Positions 1-13,544 of a stretch of DNA of 64,000 nt are shown piece by piece (position 1 is the first letter of the stretch; every line of letters starts with the position of its first letter). The position numbers and the translations under genes are program-made. Source of the stretch: Octopus vulgaris (Eukaryota). Below the pieces are notes generated by a model. That model did no database searches and was not told where the DNA came from. It saw only the letters and a program-made list of their open reading frames with translations. Location: contig OX597820.1 of the NCBI GenBank assembly GCA_951406725.2, positions 119,226,001 to 119,290,000 of the forward strand. The letters are read 5' to 3'.

Positions 1-378
1 CTAAAAAATTTTAAACTTCGTATACTGGTAGAATGTGTTTATAAAACATCTTTTTCTCTTGGCTTTATTGAGAAAATTCTATAGTTTGTAAGATATTTGT
101 TGTTTTTTTTCTTCAATTTCTGCAATTTCAACCAATCAGTGACGTCTATTGAGGTAAAAAACATTCTGTGCTGTATGAATATGTCCCTCGTTTAAGAAAC
201 AGATTGGGTTTATTTACATTTGTGAAGAAATAAAAGATACCCTTCCCCCCACCCCAAACCCTAACCCTAACCCTAAAACAGATTGAAATGCAATAGATCG
301 ATACTAGGGTCATATTTATGGGTGACAATTTCATATGACACCGCCAAAAAAAACTGCCGTTCAAACCGAAAAAAATCC
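1..378. mobile_element. MITE family M1, copy 1 (left end cut by window edge); contains (CCCTAA)n
   Basis: Nearly identical to 3221-3651; ends in the TIR ...aaaaaactgccgttcaaaccgaaaaaaatcc. Confidence 0.85.
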
Positions 379-462
379 AAACTGCATCTGGAGATTGTGA
401 CGAATGCAGACTTTCGATTCTCTTCGATTTATTTTTGAAGTGTCATCGTTTAAACTTTATTA

Positions 463-650
463 GTGGCTGTGTGGTAAGAAACCTGCTTCCCAGCCACATG
501 GTTCCGAGTTCAGCTCCACTCCATGACAGAATATGTACCAACCTTAAAAATATTTAAGTACCGGGGTCGATACATTTGAGTGAAAACACTTGAAGGTGGT
601 GCCCCAGCATGGCCGCAGCCTAATGACTGAAACAAGTAAAAGATATAAAA
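463..650 (+). mobile_element. Internally deleted SINE family A fragment
   Basis: Head agtggctgtgtggtaag...ggttccgagttcag and tail ggtggtgccccagcatggccgcag...gactgaaacaagtaaaaga match full copies at 46916 and 62459. Confidence 0.75.
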
Positions 651-789
651 AAAAGAGAGAGATTTTTATATGTAGTATGCAATCGATATAAACTTTTACT
701 TCTCCTTAAATGCAACTGTCGACGAATTGCTGTGCTCGAAAGATTATTCTTAGTATAATCGAAATCTAAATCTAATTACTGCAAAAAAG

Positions 790-824
<35 letters not shown>

Positions 825-965
825 AGAAAATACCTGTCGTATTCTTTTCAATGTTTATTTCGATATTTTTACGTATGTTTAGCGCTTTGCACAACGCATT
901 CTGTCGCTTTGCATAACGGATAATTAAAGCATTAAATCATTACAGAATTCTGTTAAATTAGTGGT

Positions 966-967
<2 letters not shown>

Positions 968-1024
<57 letters not shown>
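968..1024. repeat. (AC)n microsatellite
   Basis: Perfect dinucleotide run. Confidence 0.95.
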
Positions 1025-1027
<3 letters not shown>

Positions 1028-1236
1028 CGTCTACGTGGATCGATATTTTGAAAGGAATTTGCTCTCCTGGTGGTTCTTGATAACAATATCAAGAGATTAG
1101 ATTAGATTTCTTTGACGGGGAACAAGAATAGTCCTGAACAAATAATCGTATTAAATTCAACAAGTGTTTCGCTCATTCAGCCTTCTCTTTTATATACATT
1201 TCACGATTAGGTCTCCTCAATATAACCGTGGTGTGA

Positions 1237-1570
1237 AGGCGGTGAGCTGGCAGAATGGTTAGCGGCATTTTGCCCGCTTTTGGGGTCAGTAAAAATAAGT
1301 ACCAGTTGGTCACTGGAGACGCTGAAATCGACTTACCTACTCCCTCGGGACAGCTGGCCATGTGCTAAAATCGGAAACCAAAGTAACCGTGTAGCGTATA
1401 CTTATATAATGACTATTGATTGTTACTTTAATTAATGATTTGTAGATTGGCAGAATTATAAGAACGTCTGAAAAATTGCGTTGCGTTATATTTTCCGGCT
1501 TTTTACGTTCTGAGTTCAAACACCACCGAAGTCAGTTTTGTGGGTTATTCTTCTTGGGTCGATAAAACAA
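1237..1570 (+). mobile_element. Two degenerate SINE family B fragments
   Basis: ggcggtgagctggcagaat, ggggtc..taaaataagtaccag and acgttctgagttcaaa motifs shared with the 50663 copy. Confidence 0.65.
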
Positions 1571-1896
1571 ATTACAGTTATAAAAAATATGTACTGTCAA
1601 TTGTTGTGAGTTAATATATCGACTAATTACCGCCCATCAAAATTGCTAGAATTGGTCACACAGGGCTGAATAGAGAAGGGACAAATACAAATGCAGAGCA
1701 TGGGCTCAGTTATGCTTAGATACCGCCCAAATGTGTACAGCACTATTTTCTGGCGCCGTATGCATATCTAACACTTCCACTTGGCAGCACTTTTGTATTA
1801 TTTCCTTGGAAAAAAGCTTCGAATGTATACGAAGCAAGGACGGAAAAACGGACGATGTTACACGAATATAAATACAAAAATAATACGAAAAAAAAC

Positions 1897-1929
<33 letters not shown>

Positions 1930-1949
1930 GGGCATCACAAAAGGCGTTT

Positions 1950-2002
<53 letters not shown>

Positions 2003-2169
2003 GTGAATAATTTATGTGGTTAGACAATTTACTGTCTATTTTTCAGCATATTGGCAAAGAAAGATGTTTCTTTTCCCTTTATCTATAATTGTATTTTTGA
2101 TATGCCGGCCAATGATAACATTTTTAAATAAATTTTTATCCTTATATTAGAAGTAGTAATAGTAGTATA

Positions 2170-2203
<34 letters not shown>

Positions 2204-2257
2204 ATGTATATATATGTGTGTGCATATATATATACATACATACATATGTATATATAC

Positions 2258-2350
<93 letters not shown>

Positions 2351-3220
2351 TGTATGTATGTATGTTTTTATGTATGTATGTATATATATATATGTATATA
2401 TATATATGTTCAAAACGGTTGTCCATATAGTTTCCACTCTAAGAATTTACCTAATATAATTGTCACGGCGAAAAAAAAAAATGAATAAATAAATAAATAA
2501 ATAGGACTCTAGGAGCAATATGCCGAAGGCAGGATCGAAACCTGAGTGTCTTACTTGCGAAGTGAACTTCTAGACAAATATAGCAGAGCGTTGTCCTTTG
2601 ACAAGGGGAAGAAATTTCAAGGAAATCGCTTTGACTTCATTACCATATTGCTTTGTGGTTGATTTCATTCTCATTCTTAGAAACACACCAAAGTTAAATA
2701 AGAGAAGATCTTCAATATCCGAAGATACGAGAAAATTATATCCGATTTCTTTCCTTTCGGGATCTAAAATTAAAACAACATCAATAACATTTCGGTGTCA
2801 GTCAGGAAACATTTCACGAAATCGTGGTTGTAATGTGAACTGCTATATTTGCAGCTAACGGAAGTCGTGTCTATATTTCGTTTCTTATTGCACAAAACCT
2901 CGGTGGTTTAGTGGAAATGATTTGAACTCTCTCTTTAATGAGAAAGACAGATAAATAGCCCCACCGTTTTTATAATGACAGTTGTTGATTTTTCAATTCC
3001 AGTTCAGCATTGCTTAAGTAATCGACGTCCGAACGGATTTCTTCTCTCATCACTCTATGTTTTAAGGATTATATTATCTAGTGGCAGCAGTGTTTCAATG
3101 TCGGTCTAAAATGACTAACAATATTTCTTCCGAATGCTTTACTTCAGCGTTCAAATCTTGAAAATGTCAAATTTATTTAATCATAAGTTTTCTTAAGAAG
3201 AAATTTCAAGAATAAACATT

Positions 3221-3651
3221 GGATCTTTTCGGTTTGAACGGCAGTTTTTAACATAATTTCTAGGTAACTAAAAAATTTTAAACTTCGTATATTGGTAGAA
3301 TGTGTTTATAAAGCATCTTTTTCTCTTGGCTTTATTGAGAAAATTCTATAGTTTGTAAGATATTTGATGTTTTTTCTTCAATTTCTGCAATTTCAACCAA
3401 TCACTGACGTCTATTGAGGTAAAAAAAACATTCTGTGCCGTATGAATATGTCCCTCGTTTAAGAAACAGATTGGGTTTATTTACATTTGTGAAGAAAAAA
3501 AGTACCCTTCCCCCACCCCTAACCCTAACCCTAACTAACCTTAACCCTAAAACAGATTGAAATGCAATAGATCGATACTAGGGTCATAATTATGGGTGAT
3601 AATTTCATATGACACCGCTAGAAAAAACTGCCGTTCAAACCGAAAAGATCC
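3221..3651. mobile_element. MITE family M1, complete copy with 8-bp TSD (Merlin- or hAT-like)
   Basis: ~30-bp TIR GGATCTTTTCGGTTTGAACGGCAGTTTTTT at both ends; TAAACATT duplicated at 3213-3220 and 3652-3659; internal CCCTAA repeats. Confidence 0.9.
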
Positions 3652-4060
3652 TAAACATTTTCTTTCAGTTTTATGATAAACACTTTTCTTTTTGATAAAG
3701 ATTATTTTTTCATTTTTGCACCTACCATATTAACGGTGGCGTTGAGAAATATGGAGTATGAGTGTATACGTTTGTGTACTTGCATAAATACATACATATA
3801 TACATACATACGCACATGCATGAATGCATACATACATACATAGTGATATGAATAGAAGTACACTGAGGTGGGGACCGGAAGTGATAATGGGGGTGTAATC
3901 AGAGCGAGGTCGATGTAAAAACAGCGTTAGAATATCTTTATGTAATAATTTTTCATTTCTGACGAACTGTTCAAATAATAATAATGATTTTAAGATGGCG
4001 GAAAAAGAAAATAATCATTCCCGAATATTACGACCTGAGTGTAAGGAGGAGAGTCTAGGT

Positions 4061-4130
4061 CAGTGCTTCTCAAACTATCTTATGTGGCGTACTGGCAGTT
4101 TTTTTCCAGAGTACCAAGGACCGGTAATAT
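4061..4130 (+). mobile_element. hAT-Charlie-like terminus (one end only)
   Basis: cagtgcttctcaaact directly after gtctaggt, resembling a Charlie end and target site; no partner end found. Confidence 0.4.
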
Positions 4131-4170
4131 TTCTTAGTAATATTAATTCATACCGGAAACATTATATATA

Positions 4171-4470
4171 ATTCTGTTGTGTTTGGGGAGAGTCATTCTC
4201 TTTTGGTGCCTTATAATTTAACACACTCACAGGTAAAATTTTCACTTCTTTCTTTTTTTTTATTTTTCTAAATTTTTCGTTGCGTCTTGAAAAGGTTGCA
4301 AAGATGCAACGAAAATTTTAGAAAAATGAAAAAAAAAGAAATATGTGGGAATTTTACCGGTGAGTGTGTTAAATTATAAGGCACTAAAAGAGAATGACTC
4401 TCTCCAGACACAACAGAATATGCTTCAAGACACGAACTCACATAAAGAATCTTGCAAACCAAATCCCAAA
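4171..4470. repeat. Fold-back element (~120-bp arms), probable inverted Penelope-type terminal repeat
   Basis: 4171-4290 is the reverse complement of ~4298-4420; related copy at 42034-42268. Confidence 0.8.
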
Positions 4471-4925
4471 ACTATATTATATATAAGGAATATAATAAAA
4501 GTTGTCAATTTAAAAAATCTTTTATTCATTTTATAAACAATTAACACAATATTATATAAGCATTTAATGGAGAGACAGGTCTTGTTTCGTGAAAGTTTTA
4601 AAAAAAAGGTGGTTGAATGTAGGAAAGATGGTGCGTGCGAGTGCCCAAACCACTTAGAGCATGATCCTGTAAATTGGAAAAAGAGAGAGAGCACTTTGCT
4701 CTCGTATTTATTCCCTTCCTGCCTGAGGTTACCGTGGTCTTTTCCGTAGACTTTTCTTTCCACGGATAAACTTAATCTTGGTTTTTGCATTTTTAAAATT
4801 CTTCTGTGATACACGATACCTTTTGATCGCCTTTTTTCTTTCCGATTCCTTTTGATCGGAATTTTACTGCATTTGTATTTGTCCCTTCTCTATTCAGCCC
4901 TTGTGGCCAATAAAGAAAGCTATCC

Positions 4926-4982
<57 letters not shown>

Positions 4983-5105
4983 GTTATCGATCTATCTATG
5001 TACAGAGTGAGAATAAATATGAAGCCCTTAAATGTACGCGCGTATATGTGTATGTATATAAAGATATATATATATATATATATGAATATGTATCAGAATA
5101 TACAT

Positions 5106-5273
5106 ACCTATTTCTTTATTACCCACAAGGGGTTAAACACAGGGGGCTAATCGACCCCGAAAGGATGAAAGGCAAAGTCGACCACGGCGGAATTTGAACT
5201 CAGAACGTAGCGGCAGGCGAAATCCCGCTAAGCATTTCGTCCGGCGTGATAACGTTTCTGCCACCTCGCCGCC
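5106..5273 (-). mobile_element. SINE family B, internally deleted
   Basis: Reverse complement of the head and tail of the 50663 copy. Confidence 0.85.
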
Positions 5274-5700
5274 TATATACATACATACAGCCACCCATAT
5301 GTGTGGGTGCGTGTGCACGCGCGCTCGCGTTGACTGCCAACTGAAGCAAGTACCCTATTATAATAGTTAAAGTTGCCTATTGTGCGCGAACGATAACGAA
5401 TTCAATTAAACGCGACTAGATTTACAATATCTATACCGTCTAATGAGTCAGATGAAAATAGCAAAGGCAATATCTTGAAACATAGTTCTGTTCTCTCTAC
5501 CAATGACAATCTATACAAATATATTTGCCTTCTTCTCTCTCGCGCAAATGATGTGTTTCAAGCTCTGATGTAAGAGAGTTTGGCGATCTTTGTAGAAGTT
5601 ATATTCTGCACTTATTAATATTTACTTTCGTGAACAATGTTATTGAGGGCATTATTGTGTTTTTTTTTTCATATACTACCAATACAAGAACACAACCGCA

Positions 5701-5737
<37 letters not shown>

Positions 5738-6210
5738 TTGTTCTACCTTTCAACTGATTTTCAATTTCATATAGCTTAGCATGACCACTACATTTTTCTT
5801 CTTCTTCTTCTTCTCTTCTTCTTCTTCTTCTTCTTCTTCTCTTTCGCTTCTTCTTCTTCTTCTTCTTCTTCTTCTTCTCTTTCTCTTCTTCTTCCTCCTC
5901 TTCTTCATATTCTTCTCACTATTCACCTTTCCTTACCCTTCTTTTCCTTTTCAACCACCATAAACTGCTCCTCCACCTTCTCCTTCTCCTCCACCTTCTC
6001 CTTCTCCTCCACATCCTCTTCCCATTCTCGTTATCTCCATTCTCCTTCCCGCATCAACTTCCCTCCACCACCACCACCACCACCACATCCTCCTCATCAT
6101 CAACATCATTAATTTCCCCATCACAGCCCGTGTCGTTGTCATCCTCATCATCCTCATTTCCTAACCCTAACCATCATCATCACCATCTTCATCTTTGTCA
6201 TCATCATTTC
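5701..6210. repeat. Compound trinucleotide low-complexity tract (ACT/CTT/CCA/CAT)
   Basis: Direct inspection. Confidence 0.9.
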
Positions 6211-6325
6211 AATCAGATCCCTAAAATTCCCTTTCCCTCAAAACTATCACATGACCATCACCATTGCCACAAAGTTCTTGTTCCAAGAGAAAGAAATTTA
6301 TGTCGAATGGTGATGAGGCAAATGC

Positions 6326-6620
6326 GTGGCTCTGTGCTACAAAGTTTGTTTCCTAGCCACACGGTTCCGGGTTCAGTCCTGCTTCGTGGTGCCAGGGACT
6401 CGGGTCTTCTACTATAGCCCCGAACCGACCATGGCCTTGTCAGTGCATTTGGTTGAGACTGAAAGAAGCCCGTCGAATACACACACAAACACTCACAATG
6501 GGACAATTACTAAGAAAACAAGTAACGGACTTCGAAAAGGAATAAGATACTGGGGTCGCTTTGTGCGACTAAAATTCTTTAATTTGGTGCCCCAGCATGG
6601 CCGCAGTCCAATGACTGTAA
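6326..6620 (+). mobile_element. Degenerate SINE family A
   Basis: ggttccgggttcagtcc, tcttctactatagcc, gaaagaagcccgtcg and ggtgccccagcatggccgcagtc motifs. Confidence 0.8.
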
Positions 6621-6774
6621 CCTTCTGCCACCGCCTCGTCATCATAATGAACATCCTCATCATTAGCATCATCATCATCATCGAAAACATCAGCGCAATG
6701 GCCGTCGACATCAGACCTTCTGTCATCAGACTTTCTCTGTACTTTGGTCCTCGATGTTATTTTGGAAAACGCAT

Positions 6775-6794
6775 TTGACGACGACGACGACTTC

Positions 6795-6842
<48 letters not shown>

Positions 6843-7355
6843 CATGATGATGATCATGATGATGATCATGATGATGATGATGATGATCATGATGATGATC
6901 ATGATGATGATGATGATGATGATCTTGATGATAATAATGATTTAAATGATGATGATGATGATGATGATGATGATGGTGATGATGTTGATGATGTTGATGA
7001 TGATGGTGATGATGTTGATGATGTTGATGATGATGGCGATGATGATGATGATGGCGAAGATGATGATGATGATGGTGATGATGGTGATGAGGATAATGAT
7101 GACCTTAATGATGATGATGATGATGATGATGGCCTTGATGATGATGATTATGATGATGATGACGATGATGATAATGATGACCTTAATGATGATGATGATG
7201 ATGATGATGATTGTGATGATGATGATGATGATGACGGTGATGATGATGATGACGATGACGATGATGATGATGATGATGATGACCTTGATGACAATAATGA
7301 TGATGATGATGACACTGCTTGTGCCGCTACTATTGATGAAGTGTAGGATGATGAC
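6775..7355. repeat. Degenerate (GAT)n expansion with higher-order subrepeats
   Basis: ~190 GAT-like triplets with a recurring gaccttaatgat unit; source of the poly-D/poly-M ORFs. Confidence 0.9.
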
Positions 7356-7760
7356 CGCGGCACTTCAAGGTAAGAAAGTTTAAAATTGTAGTCATCGCTA
7401 CAATGGCGTTTATCAACGGCAGCGGCGGCAACGACGACACCAACAACAACAACAACAACAACAACAGAGAAACAGCGTAAAAGAAAGATTGGAAGATGGA
7501 ATAACAAGAGAATAATGTCAAAGTGGAGTGATATAAGAGGATGAGGGCAAGGAAGGAATGGCGAGTGAGCGACTGAGATAATTGGCGCCTGTGAGGTAAC
7601 TCACTTCGAAACTGAAGAGCTATCGGTTGTGCTTGGCATATCGCCATCTCGTGGCCGTTCTGTATGACTGCCTGCTGTCCATTTCTTTCCATTTCTTTCC
7701 ATTTCTTTCTTTCTTTCTTTCTGTCTTTCTGTCTTTCTTTCTTTCTTTCTTTCTTCCTTC

Positions 7761-7802
<42 letters not shown>

Positions 7803-7859
7803 CTTTCTCCCAACACATACACATACACACTCAGATACACACAAAAACAAACAAGCAGA

Positions 7860-8028
7860 TACACACACACACACACACACACATGCACATATATCTTATA
7901 TACATACACACGGGCACACACACACACACATATATATATCCATGCACACGGGCACACAAACACACACACACACGCACACACACACACACATATATATATC
8001 CATACACACGGACACAAACACACACGCG

Positions 8029-8059
<31 letters not shown>

Positions 8060-8106
8060 CCATACACACGGGTACAAACACACACACACACATATATATA
8101 TCTATA

Positions 8107-8110
<4 letters not shown>
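7860..8110. repeat. ~60-bp minisatellite built from (CA)n-(TA)n-ccatacacacgggcacaaac
   Basis: Three to four similar consecutive units. Confidence 0.75.
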
Positions 8111-8152
<42 letters not shown>

Positions 8153-8451
8153 GATAGAGAGAGAGAGAGAGAAGTGATAGGGGGAAATAGAGACCAACAG
8201 AACCGTTAGCATCAACAGCGCCCCCTTCGACGACGCCGTTGTTACCACCGCCACCATCTAACAATACATTTTTGTCAAACTCAAAAACAGACTCGAAAAA
8301 ATAAATGCTGTTGTTGTTGATCAAAAGTTATGATGATGATGATGATGATATTGGAGATGTGGTTATTGACGTGTGTCTATCTATCTATCTCTCTATCTAT
8401 CTCTCTATCTATCTGTCTATCTTTCTCTCTCTCTCTACCTATCTATCTTTC

Positions 8452-8598
<147 letters not shown>

Positions 8599-9261
8599 GT
8601 CTATCTGTTTTCGTGCAAGTATTTGCCACAACATTCGAACTGAACACCATATCATAATATTATTGATGGTGGGGGGGGGGTACTTTCGTGTGTATTATAT
8701 ATATATTTTTTACTTGTTATTTTCTATAGCCTTTAGTTTTCATTATTCATTGTCTTCTTTGTTGATAGTTTTGTTTGTGATGGTAGTTTTGGCGGCAGTG
8801 TCTAAGGGGTTTTGATAAGGTGACATTGTCAATAGATTTTTAGACTCTAGTGCTGAGTGTCACGCCACAGGCAATTTGTCCTCCATGCCGAAATAGCTTC
8901 GACAACAAATACTATTCAAGTGTATAGGTGACAGATGAAGAAAAACGGCACATAAGAAGAAAACGATCAGAAAATAGAGAAATTGAGAAAAAATACAAAA
9001 GGAGGAAAAGAAAGAGAATTGTGTCAGTGGAGATCAAGCTGCGTAAAGAAAAGATAAATAATAACAATGAGGAAGAAAAAAAGAGAATTCTGATAGAAAA
9101 CAACCAAACAAATATGTTAAAAAATAAATTTCTGTTTGTAAAATGACTAGAAATTTCACTGTAGAAATATAGAGAATATAAATGAATTGGGACTTGGAAA
9201 ACAATGGCAAAGACTAAAAAATTAATCTAGTGCCAAATGCATGATGTACATACGTACAGCT

Positions 9262-9400
9262 CCATTTGTTTTCTTTCTGTAGAAGAGCGTAGGCTCGAAA
9301 CGTCAAACGTCTTCCATTTCTCTTGAGCTTCTAACTAATACAGGTTATTTGTTGTTCCATCACATGACGCTGTCTTTGTTTTTGCATAATCTTGAAAAGT
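9262..9400 (+). mobile_element. Solo Penelope 3' terminal-repeat fragment with minimal hammerhead-like motif
   Basis: ctgtagaagagcgtaggctcgaaacgtc at 9277-9304; downstream sequence resembles 26313-26443. Confidence 0.75.
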
Positions 9401-11064
9401 ATACCCCCCCACACACACACACACAAATCCCCTGTTTGAAGCGGGTATCTCATAATTGCCAAATGGACGAGATAATCTTGAGATTTAAGAATTCCCCAAT
9501 TTTAACATGCTATTCTGTAAAGAACATATTTATTTTGTTACTGGAGAAAAGTAGAGGGTCATGGGCGAGTGTTTCTGGCTGATCAGTCTTCATCAGTTCG
9601 ACAATTGTTCGACCTTATCTCCAGGAGTTAACGAACTTTGTAAATTTGTATAATTTAAGCAAAAACGAGATTAGAGACATAACTGATAGCAGTTAGCTGA
9701 GCATATTCGAGCAACATCGACAGATACGGGTATATTAAATACCACACAATACAGATTACTGATGTATTCCAATTATCTCTGCCTCAAGCGTATGCATCAA
9801 AATTACCAGATCCACCTGAGGCGCGACACAATTTCGAAATTCTAGCATGCTCAAATTTTATCATAACTTTAACAAAAATGCCATGGGTTATGTCTGGACA
9901 TAAGACGACTCTGGTGGATACGTGTTTCAGGCTGAATAGCAGTAATCAGCACGGCAGCTGCTTAAACTTATCTCCAGCAGTCAAGGGATATGAGATGAGA
10001 AAAATAACTCACGGTGACGGATTTCCTCAGCATCTGATGGAGGTCAACATTGTCGCGTACTCCGTCATGGTCGATAGCAAATTTGATGGAACTTTCGTAG
10101 CAAGGCTCTGCTGTGATTCTTCAAGCTTTTTCCTTATGGATTCTTGGATTATAGACATCAGATGTCCGCATGACATACACTAGCAGTGTTAATTGTGCGC
10201 CTTTAATCAAGTTTGTTTTTTGGTAAGAATTGACTCTTGCTTGGGTTTTGAAAGATAGCGAAATATATAAGTATACATACATACATAGATTTATACCTTT
10301 GTAATATCTGTAATTAGAGGGACATTCGGATAAGTAATACACTGCTTAAATACCAATCTTCAGAAATTAGGCCTCTCAAAACCAGAAAGGAGAAAGTTGA
10401 TTCAAAGACTGCAGATCTAAGCCATTACTGGAACGAAATCTTGAAATAAAACTGAATAATCACACACACACACACACTCACACACACACTCACACACACA
10501 CACACAGTGCATATATATATGTGTGTGTTTACATAGACATCCGCACACACACACACACATGCATACGTACACACTGAAACACACACATACACACACATAT
10601 GTAATGGAATCTCCTGTCGAAGATACAAGCATAAAGCCGTATACTCAAATTAAGACTTTATCGCCGATGAATTATTGGGGCGTCGACCCAAAATACTTCA
10701 CGATATTGATTGCATTTGATCTATATCGCTTTCTACTGATATACATGTAATCATACCGTCAACGAAATAAATTACACGATGGCTGTTTCATAAAAAATAA
10801 TTAAAAAAGATAAAAGATTTAATTTTATTTAGGAATGTTTTCTACAGTTTTCCGAAAAAGAAAACTGTGAGAATAAACCACAGAATTGAATTATTAAAAA
10901 AAAAAATTACGGCCGTTTTCCCATACTCGACAAGGTCGGGTAAAACATAGTTATTGAATATATCATATCATGTCTGTCTGTCTGTCTATCTGCCGGATTC
11001 TAAGACGCAGCATTCCCCCCTTTGATATTTCCCATCTCATCAGGTATTTTATAGATGAGTCAAC

Positions 11065-11125
<61 letters not shown>

Positions 11126-11137
11126 CATATATATATA

Positions 11138-11179
<42 letters not shown>

Positions 11180-11182
<3 letters not shown>

Positions 11183-11345
11183 AGAGTTTACGAAAATAAC
11201 AATTGACGAAGACAGGTGGTGTACAAAACAAACAGATGCATTAGTATAACGCTCAGGAATTGAAAAAGTCTTTTACGTTTCGTGCCTACGCACTTCTACA
11301 GAAAGCGACACAGAAAAAACAAGAAGAGAAACAAGGAGAGAAGAA
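11180..11345 (-). mobile_element. Solo Penelope 3' terminal-repeat fragment with hammerhead-like motif
   Basis: Minus strand reads ctgtagaagtgcgtaggcacgaaacgta (11274-11301); 3' end abuts (TA)n. Confidence 0.8.
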
Positions 11346-11397
11346 AAGGAAAAAAAAAGAGAAAAAAGTTGAAAAAAAGGAGATATATATGTATGTA

Positions 11398-12042
11398 AAT
11401 ATATATAACAATTTAGGAATGGCCTTAAGAGGCCATTCGTCCACTAGACAGAGCAGCCATAATTCCAACCGCCAAGAAATGTAATTCGGAAATTGGTATG
11501 CAAATATACACGAGGCTACTGCATCGAAGCCTCTGGAATATCTGTCTTAAAATTTTCGAAGACCAGCGCAATCGCGCCAACCTTATCAGCAGCAAATATA
11601 AACTGCCGATTCAATCTCAGAATTAGTCAGAAAATAATCAATTAATCAATTTAGGGTAGTAAAAAATTCGATAGAAATTTATCACTACCAGCGGCCCAGT
11701 GGAAAAGAAAATAGTCATGAGACTAAAATGTAAATATATAACAATTTAGGAATGGCCTTAACAGGCCATTCGTCCACTAGACAGAGCAGCCATAACTCCA
11801 ACCGCCAAGAAATGTAATTCGGAAATAGGTGAAAAATTAAAAACGTTTACCCTAATTCATCTTTTAGACGATGCATCGTTTCTGCGTTTTTAATGATAGA
11901 CCAGCTTAATTAAATTAAATTAAGCTGATCTACCATAGGTCACGCTTCGTCAGTAAAGAAACCTTTGGTAGAGGCAAATATACACGAGGCTACTGCATTG
12001 AAGCCTCTGGAATATCTGTCTTAAAATTTTCGAAGACCAGCG

Positions 12043-12046
<4 letters not shown>
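11398..12046 (-). mobile_element. Partially tandem-duplicated Penelope-type terminal repeat unit
   Basis: 11398-11493 repeats at ~11731-11826 and 11501-11573 repeats at ~11975-12046; contains a hammerhead; flanked by TA-rich runs. Confidence 0.7.
11863..11957 (-). ncRNA. Type I hammerhead ribozyme motif with extended stem II
   Basis: Minus strand: UUUA CUGACGA A GCGU[long hairpin]ACGC A GAAA CGAUGCAUCG UC^UAAA. Confidence 0.8.
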
Positions 12047-12095
<49 letters not shown>

Positions 12096-12338
12096 GTAGA
12101 AATATGTTACGAAAAGAAAATATAAAATACACGTGGAAATGTAAGAGTAAAATATGAAAAATCAACGAAAATGCATATTGCAAATAGAAAAAGGCTATTT
12201 ATGATAGGTAGTGACGAATATATACATTTAGATTGACTGAGGTAGTAATACGAGTCATAAAGGTCATTATTAGGAGAGGATTATAAGATGATAATAAAGT
12301 AAGAGAACAAAACGAACCAATAGTTTACGCGAAGGCTA

Positions 12339-12376
<38 letters not shown>

Positions 12377-13184
12377 TGCAAATCTCTACGAATACCTACA
12401 AAGTTATTTATATTATCTCTTCTTGAAAAGAAGATAGAATCAGCAGAGTAAATTATATAATGTTTAAGTATGTTTTTTGACGCCCGATTATATCGTGGGT
12501 TCATATTCCACTACTGTCTAATCTAAATATCTTCCAGTCCTCCATAAACATTCTTGTATGTGCATTCTTAAAGTTCCTAGTTAAAAAGCCGTTCTTGAAT
12601 TACACTTCAAGAACGGCACGATGCCTGTGTGTGGTTATAAAACTGTGTCTCAATATTATACATCTTCATCAATCAATCAGACAAGCAATAGCTATATATC
12701 ATGTATAGACAGATTTTGATTACGGTTCTCACTAATCTATGCCGTCTTCTCATAGAGTGTGTTTTAAAATGATAGCAAACTATTCAAATCTGTCTGAAAG
12801 GAAGGGCATACATATGAGCAAGTATATATTCCACAGAATCAGAAAAACATGACAGGTCTGCCTTTAGCCAATTTTTCCTTCCACTCAAAGCAATAGAGTA
12901 CCGAATGAATTAGCAGTTACTGTGTATATATTTATCCTCTGGGCAAATAGATTTTCTGTTGTTAATAACAATCCATCAATGTATTACTGGTTGTCGGATT
13001 TAAATTACAACAAATATTGGAAATGTCTACAGGCGAAATATACAACTTTACTACACAAATACTACAGACATTTCACATACACAGAAACGTCTAGAGATAT
13101 TAAAACATAAATTGTATATCAGGCAATCACGTGTATTTGCATTCATAGACATCTGCCATGGAGGCAAATCAGTTTGAGCATTCG

Positions 13185-13480
<296 letters not shown>

Positions 13481-13544
13481 TCTATTTTCTCAATATATAA
13501 TACAATGTATTAAAATATGATATATATATATATATATATATTTA

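Noticed and set aside
255-275. Telomere or chromosome-end signal
   Set aside because: Only about three CCCTAA units, internal to a MITE
2142-2488. Many YI/HT/CV/LSIY-repeat ORFs here and throughout the window
   Set aside because: Translations of microsatellites
6744-7383. 200-aa poly-Asp and poly-Met ORFs (resembling acidic biomineral proteins)
   Set aside because: Open in several frames because of the (GAT)n tract; no signal peptide, ATG start or non-repetitive domain
9561-9600. Minus-strand CUGAUGA-A-GACU/AGCC-A-GAAA hammerhead-like string
   Set aside because: No stem I pairing and no convincing stem III or cleavage triplet; at best a decayed copy
12238-12247. TGAGGTAGTA, the 5' half of let-7
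   Set aside because: Match stops after 10 nt and there is no precursor hairpin
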